Positions 24,590 to 37,700 of a stretch of 64,000 nucleotides of DNA are shown in pieces. This DNA is from Tubulanus polymorphus. Taxonomy: Eukaryota > Animalia > Nemertea. The DNA is taken from contig NC_134026.1 in the NCBI RefSeq assembly GCF_964204645.1, forward strand, positions 24,400,150 to 24,464,149. Direction: 5' to 3'. The first letter of the stretch is position 1; every line of letters starts with the position of its first letter. The notes under the pieces are model-generated. The model was not told where the DNA came from. It was given only the letters and a program-made list of their open reading frames with translations, and made no database searches. The translations under genes and the position numbers were made by a program.

Positions 24590-27500
24590 TCAAGTGGTCT
24601 TTCCTAGGCAAGACGATACATTTTCGTACGCACAGTTGTATCGGTCTTGAGTTTGGTAGAACCCCTTTAAGTTGTGCGTATAAACCGGGTAATCAGAGGT
24701 CAGCGAGTAAGGGGTCGGGCGATGTTTCACCGCAGCGTTCATATAGTAGTCACCGTAGGCGGCCATAGCGGACATAGGATAATCATAGGCCGAGTATATT
24801 TGTGCCGGAGTAGCTGTCGGGTAAAGCAACGAGTTATCCACGAGACATTCTGGAGATGCTGAAAAGATCAAAGATGGAATTAGTCACACTTAAGATTGCA
24901 ACTTATTGGAATGTTACTCCAAGTTTAGCAGTTGACAATTACCTGAATCTTTACGCGGTCTTTTGCTACGGCTTTGTTGTTGTTGTAGTAACGGTACTTG
25001 CAGTGAGCTTGGACGTTGGTGATTCCTGACTCGTAGTCCGGGGTGAGATAGAATGTCCATCACCACACTTGAAATAAACGAATCAATCTTATTCATTCCA
25101 AGCTAATGATTTTACTGAGTAAACAATCGTAAATCGTGTCTTACCAGTCTCCGGGTTCACAGTCACGAAATCCTTTGGCGAACGGATTACTCGCAATTTT
25201 CAACTGTGTTATCTAGAATCAGAAATCAAAGAAAATACATTTTAATTGATTTATGTACCATCACTTCGCACTTTTTTTCACGTGAATTTATTGTATTCTG
25301 GTAACCACTTGTGAAATGAATGACCCGTTTAATTGTTAGAGCATTGATTTAGTATAATAATTTGTTTCAATAGAGATATGTTTTTTTTAGGTTATGGAAT
25401 TTCAACTTGGTTATTTCCGTTATCTCGCACGGATCTTGTATAATCAACTGTTTGCATACACTTGCTGTTTTGAGCTATTTTTTTGTGAACCGAATCAGTT
25501 GGGCGCATGTACATAGGAAACAATCTACACCGTGTTGACAGGCAACTTCTCATTTAGCGCGGATAACCTTACTCGAAACCCGCAAATACACCCTCGCGGT
25601 TATCTTGTACTAATTAAAACGTTACCGGCGAAAAACCTTTGAAAACATTTGGCTTGAATGAAAATCCGCCGGCCGGCCGCGATAATTGACTAGGGGGAGG
25701 GGGAAAGACGGGGCATGAGCACGGCAGATAATCGCTTGGAGAATTTGGCAGACGCTCGCACACGAGAAGTGTTGAAATGACGAAATATGTGCCGTAATCA
25801 ACGTACGAACGACCAACACGTGTTGTAAACACTAATCGCGCACCTGACACCGGAATCTGTCTCAAACAATTTAACCAAAAAATTGTGATAGAAAGCTTGG
25901 AAAATTTCTCGTTTTGAAAAAAAGAATTCCAGGGCGGAATCAGTGTAGTCTTAACGAGCGGATTCATATTTATAGAACAACCAGTCTACCCCTCTAATCT
26001 AACTATGTGAATAACCAGCTAATGACGTTTTTGACGTGGATATCAAAACAACAAGATTGTCATGATATGCGAAAAAAACTAACCCTGTGATTCTGATATG
26101 CGGTCACTGCTATGAACGCTGTTTCGGGAAAAACAAACGTCTTAAAGCATTCAAGCCTGGACACGTCCTCGGATTTGCCATTGACGTAGATCACGTGAAA
26201 CCGCGGTTGATATTTATGCATCGAATTCAGAATAATCTGAAATTAAATGAAAAATAGTAATTTCTCTATTGACCTAGAACGAGCAGACCTTAATCCGCTG
26301 ACGGCATTCTTACATGGCCATTGTCGTCCATTTGGTTGTTTGTCAGTTTCAATTTATCGAACGCTACGATTTGCTTGGCCCATTGGGCACCGGTACTCGG
26401 TGAATCCTGATGTACGTGCATCCGGCTAGGCATGTGTGGGTCAGCTTTACCGGCCACTACCCAGCTAGACGTATGAAACGAATATCGATATCTTTTGTCA
26501 TCAACAGGCAGAAAATCCATGATCAACATATAACTCGATGTTGGGTCCAAACCGAACAATCTGGTCTGAAATGTCGGGAACATTCTCCTGGAAAACATAT
26601 AACAGAACATACCGTATTGTAACAAAATCTACGTCAGGTTCTTCCAATCACAAAACCAATTTTTTTCCAAAAACTGGGAGAATCAAGGGCGTCTCGTTAT
26701 GGCTCCTAAATAACTCAACTTTATGAAAACTACCAAAAACGGCTAGTGAATGGAAAAGTGTCAGTGATGGGAATCGGCTTCGAATTTGCCAAAATATTTC
26801 CAATGATTATTTCAGAAATTTGCAGAAATTGGGATGACCACGCGGAATCTTATGACCATTCGTGGTTTTAACATATCAGAAATATACGTTTATACAGGTT
26901 ACGCTGAGTGCAGATGAACAGACGATGTTTATCTTGTATTAGCACTTTATTAGAATCATTCGCACGTCAGGTGAATTTTAGATAACAACGGTATGGTCTT
27001 TATTACAAGTTTCCGACACCGTAATTTCTGAGTATACAAATTGTTTGCGCAGCAGAATTAGTTAGCTTAGAATGTACATATACACTTTTACGTCAGATCA
27101 ACATAAAAAATATTTACGGTCCCTATAATTCGAGGGTGAGAGTTTGAATCGTGCTGGAATAATCGGTCATCATTATATAGCATTATGGTGATTTTCCCCG
27201 TTTACTACGAATAATTGCTAGTAGATTTTAAGAAGCAACGGTTTTATGAAGTTGAAGAAATATTTTTTTCATTAAGTGTCATACACGCTCGGAAGTTAAT
27301 ATAATGAATGAAATCCTCACCTTCCAGCTTTAGTAACGATCATTTCCGTTCCAAGCTCATTGAATTCGTCCCACAGCGCTTTTGCCTCCAGTTTGGCGGT
27401 GACGTTCAGCAATTTAGGATGCAACGGTTTCTTCACGCCATCATTACTTGTCTGTAGCAGGGAATCTTCTGGGTTGCGTGACTTACCGCGTAGAACGGCC

Positions 27501-28553
27501 TCAAAATTTGCGTCGAACATGTTCCCCGATCCTCTTCCATTCAACATACACGCTATAGAAAATATACATATTATTTGAGGGATTCTCAAGGATAGTTTTA
27601 CAAATATTTATCATTAAATAAGATATCCATCGTCCAACTTTTGTGACAAGTTTCCCCAGTCTGATCGTGGACTCTAAAACGAAGTCCATGGTCTGATATT
27701 ATCATCCACGCGCTCTAGCGATATCTGAGAAGTTACGTGATGCGCCTAGCAACATTTTAAATAGAACGACCACAAAACACGATACCGATCTACGGCATGG
27801 ACGCTTGGACATAAACCATTCGCAACGCCAATAAAGATCTCATTAACGACCGATTACAAAGCAGTGAGAAATACGCCATAGCTAATCAGTTTGATAAGTT
27901 CCGGGACATTCCACGCGGACAAGTACTAAATCAAATTTAATTTCTACACTAACTTGACTTACAACGTGTGAAAGAACACCAAAACGGCGCTATTTCTATG
28001 TATCCGAACACACTAATGTCTGCGGCCCGTTAAAAAAATTAATCGGTCCCGATGTAGCAAACGAAGCGACACGTGTTTACTCGCAAAAAACTAATTACTC
28101 AAAACATGTGTGAAGATATGGAGAGTAACCATTTTGAGTTCTCATCGTGTATATTATCACAGGTTTTGTTTGGTCATGTTTGGTAATTCAATATAGATGA
28201 ATTTACATTTGAATCATTAAGCATTAGACAAGATCCATTTTATGTTTTCAATTTGTCAGTTTCCATTTTTCAGATCAACTTCATTTTTATCGATTAATCG
28301 AAATTTACGATATGACGGATTTTTCAAAACGATTAAAACGGAAAAGCCAACGTTAATTTCAAATAAATTTTCATAACCGTCAATTTGTCTATAAAGAGTT
28401 ACTTTGATCACAATCTGAATTTTAAAACTTTAAATATATATAAGTACCTTGATTGTCATTTGTGGCTGGCCAGGACGGCAGCGGATAGTCTTCACATCCA
28501 GACATCAGACTTGCGATGCTGAAAGACGTAGCTCTAGAAGAAAGCGTCTCCAT
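24590..28553 (-). CDS. Tbx1: T-box transcription factor Tbx1/10 (org-1 orthology group)
   Basis: Exons 28553-28448, 27552-27321, 26587-26314, 26236-26084, 25212-25145, 25067-24943, 24858-24590. T-box [26 protein letters not shown]...[10 protein letters not shown]...[19 protein letters not shown]...[27 protein letters not shown]; the [14 protein letters not shown] and FRDC residues match Tbx1/10. Confidence 0.93.
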
Positions 28554-30217
28554 ATCGGTATATTTCAGAAGAAATAAAGCCTCCAATCCAACTCAAACTC
28601 TCTTTTTCGCAAACCAACTGAGATAGATAGAGCTCTTGGCAAATGGTGCTAACGTCGAAAATTAACACGTTATCAGAAAACGTTCGGCAATTTTAAAGTT
28701 TACGACGCGATAATAATACGCTTGACGGAGACGACGATAAAATTTTTCAGTGTTTAACTAAAACGGAGAGGAGAAGCTTGGAAAATAAAAAAGTGCGAAC
28801 AGCAGTTGTTGCAATGTTGCTGATAATCCGTTGTCATCAGTAAATATGCCCGGTAACAAGTGCACCGCAATAACTTCACACAACCGCACAAAAGAAGTAC
28901 TGCCTCCGCAAACTTTCGACCAATCAGCGACTTCGTCATCACCTCAAGGATGATGCATAATAGAACAGGTGCGTTTGAATAGATAAAGCAGGTCGGAGAT
29001 CTCAATCAAGTTGAGAAAGATCAAAGATCACAGATCCGAAATCCTATCATTCATGGTTTTCGTGGACTTCAGAACATTTTTGATTAACTTTTTAAAATAA
29101 TCCAGTGTAAGCCTATTTCAGTAGCTGAATTGAACTAAAGAGTCCAGTAAGGATAATCATAATTTGTAAAGTAGGTCTCGAATCCAACTCTCACGACTTG
29201 AATTATTTTCTAAATTACCAATTCCCAGTAAGGACCTAAAGCTATAAAATCACTTCGGAAAAATCGAATTTTCTTATGTCTTTTCATTAAATAGACGTAC
29301 ATATTTTCATATTCTTCATCGAGAATTTCTCTAGAAAGAACTTTCCGGCTCGTGAAGTAATTTGTTAGGCGCTAATAATGTTGATTACCTTTCGCGCCGA
29401 TCAAGTTGCTAAGCTGTGCACCTTGCATTGAAAACAGGCGCGAATCCGTGCCTGCATTGTATCAAAGATGAATTGAATAGACGTGGAACTTAAAAGTAAC
29501 ATCTTTTTGCCGACGTCGCCGAGATGACCATCGATGAAAGATAAACCGATTTCCAAAGCAAACTGACCACATCGTCTAGAATAACACAGGTGCGTATGGT
29601 TATCTCTGAAACAAAGTAGTGAAGTCCACCACTCTCTCACCGGTTTACTATTTATAACGTCTCGAGTCTAAATTAGCATTTATTCATCTTCAAAAACCAG
29701 TCAAACGCCCAACTAAAATGTAGATATACGTGTACATAGTACTATTCCCGTCCAGTCTGAAACCTTAAATGACGATCTCATAGAGTTTGCTCTGAAAACC
29801 GATCGATACTTCGAAGTCGAGTTAATTTTACTCATCCCATAATTGATCAATTTTCTATTAACTTGAAAAATAAAACGACATCTATTGAAGACTTGCTTGG
29901 ATTTCTTTGGTGGATTATGCACTCTCTTTATGGGTACCTTCTCTTCAGGCTGGTTTACCAGAGTGGGAGACCTGGATCGGTTATTATTACATTGGAAACT
30001 ATTCTTTTATCAATGCATTGTCCTGGTTCCATTGTCCTTGCTGCAGTTCTAATACGTAATAAGTATTTACGGCTCGATAAGGGAGGAAGGAGTTAATAGT
30101 TTCTTCACGGAATCTATGAATGAATTCATTTTCATCTGATGATAAAATGGGACTTAAATAAAATTTCACTTCGTTCTAAATAAAAGATTTTATTTGCGAA
30201 AAATATTTTAACAGAAA

Positions 30218-31927
30218 TCACCATGGAATTACAGCACCGTTATATTTAAGCAAAAGTCCATTTTGATATTCTGATATTTCAGAAATAACTTTCAATATTC
30301 CAGCCACAGATTCATTTGGGTCCATGCGAGCATTCATCCCTTTTGTAGACTCGGTTCTCACGAAACCGGGATCCACGGTGTTTGCACAGATTCCGAATTT
30401 TTTCAGATCGACACTCAAACTTTTTGTGATGATATTCAAAGCACACTAAAATAAGATGAGTTGGATATATAGCTGAAGTAATGATGGTATACCGGAATGG
30501 AATGTCCAAGTAGGAAAAAATACCCAATATCACTAACTTGTCAAATTAGTCAATTTCACATCAAAATAACATCAAAAGGAACAAACTATTGGTGCAGACA
30601 GTTTAGAAAGCTGTGACTTAGGCCACACAAAGAAATACCCTAGTTCTCAAGAAAGTCAAATGCCGTCCGCGTCATGAAAAAAGTACCTAATAAAAATTAA
30701 AAAGACAAATGCGCACATCCGCATCTTTGTGTGGCCTTATCCTGCATGATATACTGTGCAGATTCTTGATAATTCAATTCCTTAATATTGTGAACAAAAT
30801 AAAAACGAATTTTACATTTTACACATTTTTGTACGCCTTTTTGTAAAATGTGCAAATTCTATATACCGTAAATTTAATAATTTAGCCGGTTATAAAATCA
30901 GTTATTTGTAAACTGTGCAAATTGTTGATAATTGTAAAGAGAAAATAGAATAATAACAGCTGGGAGATTTTTTCCTACCTTTTGTTACAAATATGGACAT
31001 TTTTTTCCCACATTCTTATATCAATCATAGGAAAACTCACCTTGGCCGGTCTTGTAGCGTAATGTCCACCACTACGATTATCACTAATTGATGACGTTAA
31101 TGATGAAATATTAACTATAGCAGCCCTATTACAACCAATAGCTTGATCCTTGTTGCATTCTGCAGCATTCTTTAGTAAAGGCAGGAAAGACTATTGTATG
31201 AATGGAAGCAAAGGAAACATTTAAAAAAAATGACATCATGAGAAGGAAAAAATGTACTCAAGTACACATTTACATTACACATTAACGCAGGTCCAACAGC
31301 GTTCACTTTATAACATTCCATCATTTTTTCGGCTGATATGTCATCTAAAGACATACGAATTAGGACACCGGCATTATTGATCAAAACATTTAATCCAGAA
31401 TCTCCAACAAGGCGAGTTACGTCATTTACACAGCGTTCAATACTTGATTGCACAGTAATATCTAACAATGAAAAATAACTTGTCTTGAGAAGTTAAATGT
31501 CAAAGCAATAGTGATTAATGAGGAATGAGAATATAGCTTACTAACCGCATTGAATAATATGCACATTTTCATTTTTTGAAGCAATACATTTCAGGTCCTG
31601 AAATGTATACGGAAATTTGATTAACAATTACATTTTTAACTGTGGACCGGTATTATTATTTGGCTTATGTTTTAGCTTAATATTCATTTCTGCGTATTAT
31701 TAATCAGGGAGGTCTAGCATGTCTAGAGGTAATGAAATGAATCATTTTTGAAAAAAAAACAAATTTTGATGGAGCCAACTTTTTCTTCTTACAGATGCTT
31801 TATCAGGTTGTCGACACGTAGCAAAAATAAAAGCAGGTCCGGGTTTCTGATTTGACAATTGCTTCACCAGTTCCAAGCCGATTCCTTGACTGGAACCGGT
31901 TACTAAAATTGACTTTCCCGATAGCAT
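30218..31927 (-). CDS. short-chain dehydrogenase/reductase, CsgA (C-factor)/sniffer type
   Basis: Exons 31927-31793, 31597-31546, 31461-31274, 31190-31041, 30445-30218. Motifs VTGSSQGIGLELVKQL, ATCR, GLNVLINNAGV, VNAVGP, IVNISS, ALNIITKSLSVDL, PGFVRT, and a C-terminal YNGAVIPW. Confidence 0.92.
30621..30736. mobile_element. 116-bp PIF/Harbinger-like MITE in an SDR intron
   Basis: Perfect TIR GGCCACACAAAGA / TCTTTGTGTGGCC, with TTA on both flanks. Confidence 0.8.
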
Positions 31928-32940
31928 GACTGACCGAAAAGTTTTCGATAGGTATATGGTTCTACGACCTTGGAAACACTGTTTCTACTAAGATTCCTAT
32001 CACGGCCCGCAGATCGCAGTGACCGTCAAATGCTGCCCCTTCCTCTCAACGGTGAACATGTGAACTAACTGAACTGCGCAACAGAGTAGACTGGTTGCCG
32101 GTCTCAATTTCAGCACTGCGAATGGTTAGAATCCAATAATAGGCATCAGTCTAAAAGAATTTCGCAATTAAAAGAATTTAGATATGAAATGTATCAAAGT
32201 CAAATCTATCCTTCTTATTCGACAGTGTTCTGATTATATGACGTAAATTGCCGGCGGGGGTGCCTGCATGTCATTTTGCCTGAACTATATTTTTCATATA
32301 AACAATCCGTCCATTAATGAGGGTTCGCCCGTTGTAATGACATTAGTTAACCATTAATTAAGTTACTACACTCGGGGTCAGTCTGCATCGCGGGCACCAC
32401 TTCACACAAAACGATTCAGCGTCGGTTGAATTAATCAGCGTCGGTCCGTGGCATCGATCATATCCGCAAGTTCAACACGCGACGGCGGCCTATAGGGCTT
32501 GAATTCAGAGGAGTTGGGAGTGAAATGCTATCTCACGAAAATAAAGAATATGCAATTTCATATAGGTTATTCCGTCTGAAGGCCTCTAAATTTCTTTATT
32601 GGGTTAGGAGGGTTTTCTCTCCCTCATTAATCGCGGACCCGATCAGCATCCTAAGAACTTTGTCGGAAGCATAATTAAATTGCTCTCCCGGAGATGTGGT
32701 GGTAACTACTGGCAGAGAAAATACTAACTCAAAGAATAGTTAAAACACTATAGTTTATTGTACGAACCAGGATTTGGATGAATCTATACCGGCACCGCAT
32801 TACAAATATCACAATCATTATGAAGCATACATCTAAAATTGAAATTGCTATCTCACTGTGATGTTTATTCGTCCGTATTGAATCCATTATACCATCAGGA
32901 AATTCAACTCTTACGGAATCTTACAACATAAACCAAAACT

Positions 32941-33749
32941 TTAATTGCCAGTCTTCGGGGGTAGAGCTTCTGCTCCCATGCTCGTATATGGCGGTGGAGG
33001 TGGATTGTTTTCGAAGTTTGTGTTATCTGTTACAAGGTTGGGCGGTGGGTGATTAACGTGCATTATAACGGGATAATACTGAGCAGGCGCTCGACAAACA
33101 CTATGGCAACAATACGCAGATTCAACAATCGCAACTATCATTTCAAGAACTCCGAACAATAGGAGGATGCTGTCAGAAGCGCGCCCTCCACCATCCCTGT
33201 ACCGATATCTAGCAAAACCCCCAAACAATAGGCTAATGCTAGAGAATACGATGATGAAAAAACAAGCGATAGCTGATACTATACACAATACCAAGCAACC
33301 TATTGTTAAACACCTACTGCCCTTTCGACAAGCTATTCCCAAACTTCCAGCAACCACACACAGAATACCGCCCCAAATTCCATAGCCAATACTTGTCAAT
33401 CCATAAGGGAACGACAGTAAATATACTATGTGCGTTATAAATGTAATTACACCAGTGCATATCTGTAATGATCCCATAATCGTGTGCTCTTTCTCGTGTG
33501 CCTTCACTACATGAGATTGAACTCGAGGTTGAAGCACCTGTACTTGACTTTCGCCCTGCTGGATGATGGTTGTTGGTTCGTGATCGTACATCGGTGGATA
33601 CGGAGGTGGCATAACTGTCACAGATACTGTTTGTATTCCAGCCGTTGTTTCGTTGGGTTGACCTGCTCCAATCATGGTGTCGAAACAGGAATTATCTTCC
33701 TAAAACGTAAGCGTATAACCATTCACAAATTTGATACACGTACCAGCAT
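32941..33749 (-). CDS. MS4A/CD20-like four-TM membrane protein
   Basis: Short first coding segment 33749-33744 (ML) spliced in frame to 33699-32941. Four hydrophobic helices with GSLQICTG, GYGIWGGILCVVAGSLGI and AYCC motifs typical of CD20-like proteins; Pro-rich termini. Confidence 0.8.
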
Positions 33750-34737
33750 GACGACGAGATGGTATATACAAACCTTACGGTATCACAACCAATGCCTTCG
33801 CATAAAATCGAAGCTAGACTACTTTAACTGGTACTCGCGGAAAATGGATTCACTGTGTAGTTCGAACTGCAGTAATAACTGAAGGCTGATATAATGCATC
33901 AAACCCGTGACTACAGCATTCAATAGATATACCATGCAGTAACCCAATATAATACATAACTCGAAGGGCTAAAGCGTTGCGGCACGATTACGTAGTTTCA
34001 TTTATAACAACAGCGTGCGAGAGGATGCCGTGGGAAGGGAATAATCCGTTAGCCTTTACGGAGGGTTTTAGGAAATATAGAAATTATATGATATCTGAAA
34101 ACTATATCAATCAGCTTGTGGTGATGAACCAGTGACCGGTGAGACTGTACGAATTGCGGACTTTTAAGCGGAATCAGTTTGGCCATGGACACTACTAAAC
34201 GCAGATTAGTCCGTTCCAAAACTCAAAGCGGACCCGGATCAGTGTTTTAGGTCTGTCCAAAATTGAACTGATCTACTATAAAGGAGATTGGGACGGAAGT
34301 GTTCGTGAACGCCTTCCGCTCTGTGGTGGGCATCTCGCCGGGGTTGCTGGATTTCCAAAGTCCAAATTCGGACCGGTCTAATGAAAGAACGTATTGTGAA
34401 CGCACCCTGTCACCATAAACCAGCAGGAATTCGCGGTGACAACTAACAAGTATAGTTCCTTGGACTATCTTAGGCCCAAACACAGCCACACCATCGCCGT
34501 TTACTACGACCCGACGAGATGCCCGGGGCCAAATGCATTTCGAGAACGTTTATTGTTTTTTGAGTGAATTCCGATTAAATACATTAAGTGTGTGGTTAGT
34601 TCAACTGACTCATGATATCTTTCATACGTTTTTTGAATTTCTTTTATCCAGTTCCTTATTGTGGTCGCATTTTATGGAAGATTATGCATTTGGATCAATA
34701 AATCTCGTGATTTGTGATTGAATTGAATGTAAACAAT

Positions 34738-37700
34738 ATGGAGGACAATATTCTGAAAATGTTCATTTTTCGCGTATTGATTCTGCTTTTTGTCATTTTC
34801 CTGACAGGTATTCCTAGAATATTTGCAAAGATGGCAAGATATCAAACCATCCCATCATTGAAATTACTTATATATGTATCAATCCAGTTTTTGTTGTGAC
34901 ATAAGCTAATTTAGTTGATTCACGATCGCTTCTGTTTGAATTCCTCCTCGCATGCCAAAGGAAGCTTCGCGACGTTTTGGCCTCTTTACTTTGGGATAGC
35001 GCAAACACAACAATAGTGCCACCTCGTTCAAAGTTTTTTCCTCATGCAACTGGAATCTTGATAATGATGGTGCTGACAAAAGAAAGCAATATCAGGGTTT
35101 TATTAATAACTTTGGTTGCATTTTCATTTACCTTTTTAGAGCAAAAAGGCTGCTTCACAGATCTACCGACTCAAGTCTTTAAAAAACATGTCCTTATAGC
35201 AAGACAGCTGCCACTTTGTATTCTATTTAAACGGAATGGTAATAATGAACTACAGTGCATGAGAAAATATTAGAACTTATTTTCATGAAACATCCTGTAA
35301 CATTATATATCTTTTCATTTTCTATTTGAGGTTTCGAAAAATTGGAAGCTAACCTGTGTGAGATATGGCGATCACGAGAACCTTCTCAAAATTATTCATC
35401 ATTCCAGCTTGGTTCTTATTCCTCTCAACAGGTAAAACTGATCCCTCTTCAAAATAAATGAAGAATGTTCTTTTTTGTGTCTAGAGGCTCTATGCCTATG
35501 GTGCTGATGGAATAACAAATTCACTCAGTTTCTTCTAGTGCCGTACTTTCAGCATAAATCAAATAGACCTAATTAGTTGCTGTATAGCTCTGCTATACTA
35601 AGTTCTTTAATCTAGTAGTCTGTAATATTTGTTTTCAGAAACCAATGCATGACATTGACATTCCAAAGCAGTCTGTTGTTCGGTGCTATCTTGGATTTTC
35701 AAAGCCTGAAGATTACGTTGGAAAAATTACTCGAAACTCACTCAAAAAGTGGTTGAACAAACTGGTATGTGCAAATGTATCCGTAAAAGTTAAGAGTTTT
35801 TAATTGTTTGAATATTTTAGATTGTGAATAAGGAAAATTGTCCACATTTTTATGAGAGCATTGTCAATTTCAGGCTAGAAAACACTCAAACCAACTAGCA
35901 GAGGCTTCGCTGTCATTGATAGATCACTATGCCTCAGGAAATAAACCCTTGACAGTGATTGGATTTCCTGGACATGCAAATATATATCAATTGGAAGAAA
36001 TACTGTTCAAGGTACAATAAAAAACACCTCAATCCTGTTTTGCAGTGGTCATCCTCACTTGCCAGGGTTTGATTGCCTTCCGCCAAAGCTCACGCCAACA
36101 CAAACCTGGCGGAAAACCCTTCATTGGTCTATTACATTGCCTATGTTGTATACAAAAAAATTTTTTTTCAGATTCGAAGTAAATGGAGTTTTTTAGCAGA
36201 ATTTATGTTTGTTCATCCACATTCAGACCATAATATGTAAGTCATCAAGTTGTTTTGCTAAGATCCCTACTTCTCGCTATAAAAGAAAGATATTTGTGAA
36301 TTGTTAAAATGAGTAATTCATTTTGTTTGAATTTTCTTCATAGGGATCTTGTTCAACGTTATGATGTATTTGCCACTCCATCAATAGTTGTACTAGATAA
36401 TAAGGGTAAGGAATAGGCCTGTTGCAATGTACCATGTGTCAGAATCAGTTTGCCTAAAACGTACTTGAATTTCTCTAATCATATTTCTTGTACTTTATTT
36501 GCTTCATTAGGTCATGGGGAAGTAACCTTGGATAAAAGATTTGTTGAGTATGAAGTTGAATATTCAAAATTAGATCTGTATTTCGTCTCCAGACATATTC
36601 CTGCTTCCAGACTGACTGTGGTAAGATATAGTCATCGCCCAATAGTTTGTATCGGTAACAAAAATACGTAAAGAGGATTCTTAATGTATTTAGTAAATAT
36701 GGTTTGAATGGTAAAATATGTCTCCTTTTGCGAATATTGTTACAGGCAACCTTTCAGTCGGCAACCCAAATGCATCAGAACTTTAAACCCACTTTCATTC
36801 TGTTTTACGCATTTTGGGCAAATAATTCACTGGAGCATCTTCATGCATATCACAGTACAATCATTACCTTGAGAGAACATGGTCTACAAGCGAAGTATGG
36901 GCTGGTGGATGTGAATGAAGAATTTGATAGTAAGTTTAAGCTTGTACGATATATATTCAGTTGATTATGTTAAGGCTACATCCTTAATTCTGACTATTTT
37001 ATTTCCTACATTGTATTGCATCTGCAGTTTTAAATCGCTGGTTTGATGGAACCTATGCCCCGATGATACCATTTATTGTTGTTTATGCACCAAAGATAAA
37101 CTATAGAAATAACAGAGGTATAGTATATTCATAATGATTGCCAATGAAGATTTTCAATTGTTCAAACTGCATTGATTTTCTGTCAAAATAGAATAGTTTC
37201 ACTCTCACACTGCTCATCTGCTCTCATTATAGTAATGGGTATAACTAGGTATTCAAAGTTTTTATCGCGTCCATCACCTGCTGCAGTCGCTAAATGGTTA
37301 AAGATGAAAAACATCCAATTGATAAACACTAAAACTAACACGTTCACTATTTTTAAGCCGTACCCAAGCATCATTGGCCAGGTAAATGAATGCCAGTTAT
37401 GGAGTTTACTAAAAACTTAATAGGAGATAAACTTTTGCTGCATTTTCATTTCAGCAATCTAGTGTCAATGAAGGTCCGTATGGGTCTCTATGTTCTCTTG
37501 AGTATAACAATGCTACAAATAATGAGCCATTTGTATATTCAAAAAGAAAACAACTGAAGGAAGTTAATGTGCAAAGGAAGAAAGAAACAAAGAATTCATT
37601 GCTGCTCCTGAAGAAGGTAATGAGGTTTCCTTTGCTCAATGCATGTAGATGTTGTTGTTTTATATCATAGACTATACCTCAAACTGAATATATTTGAATG

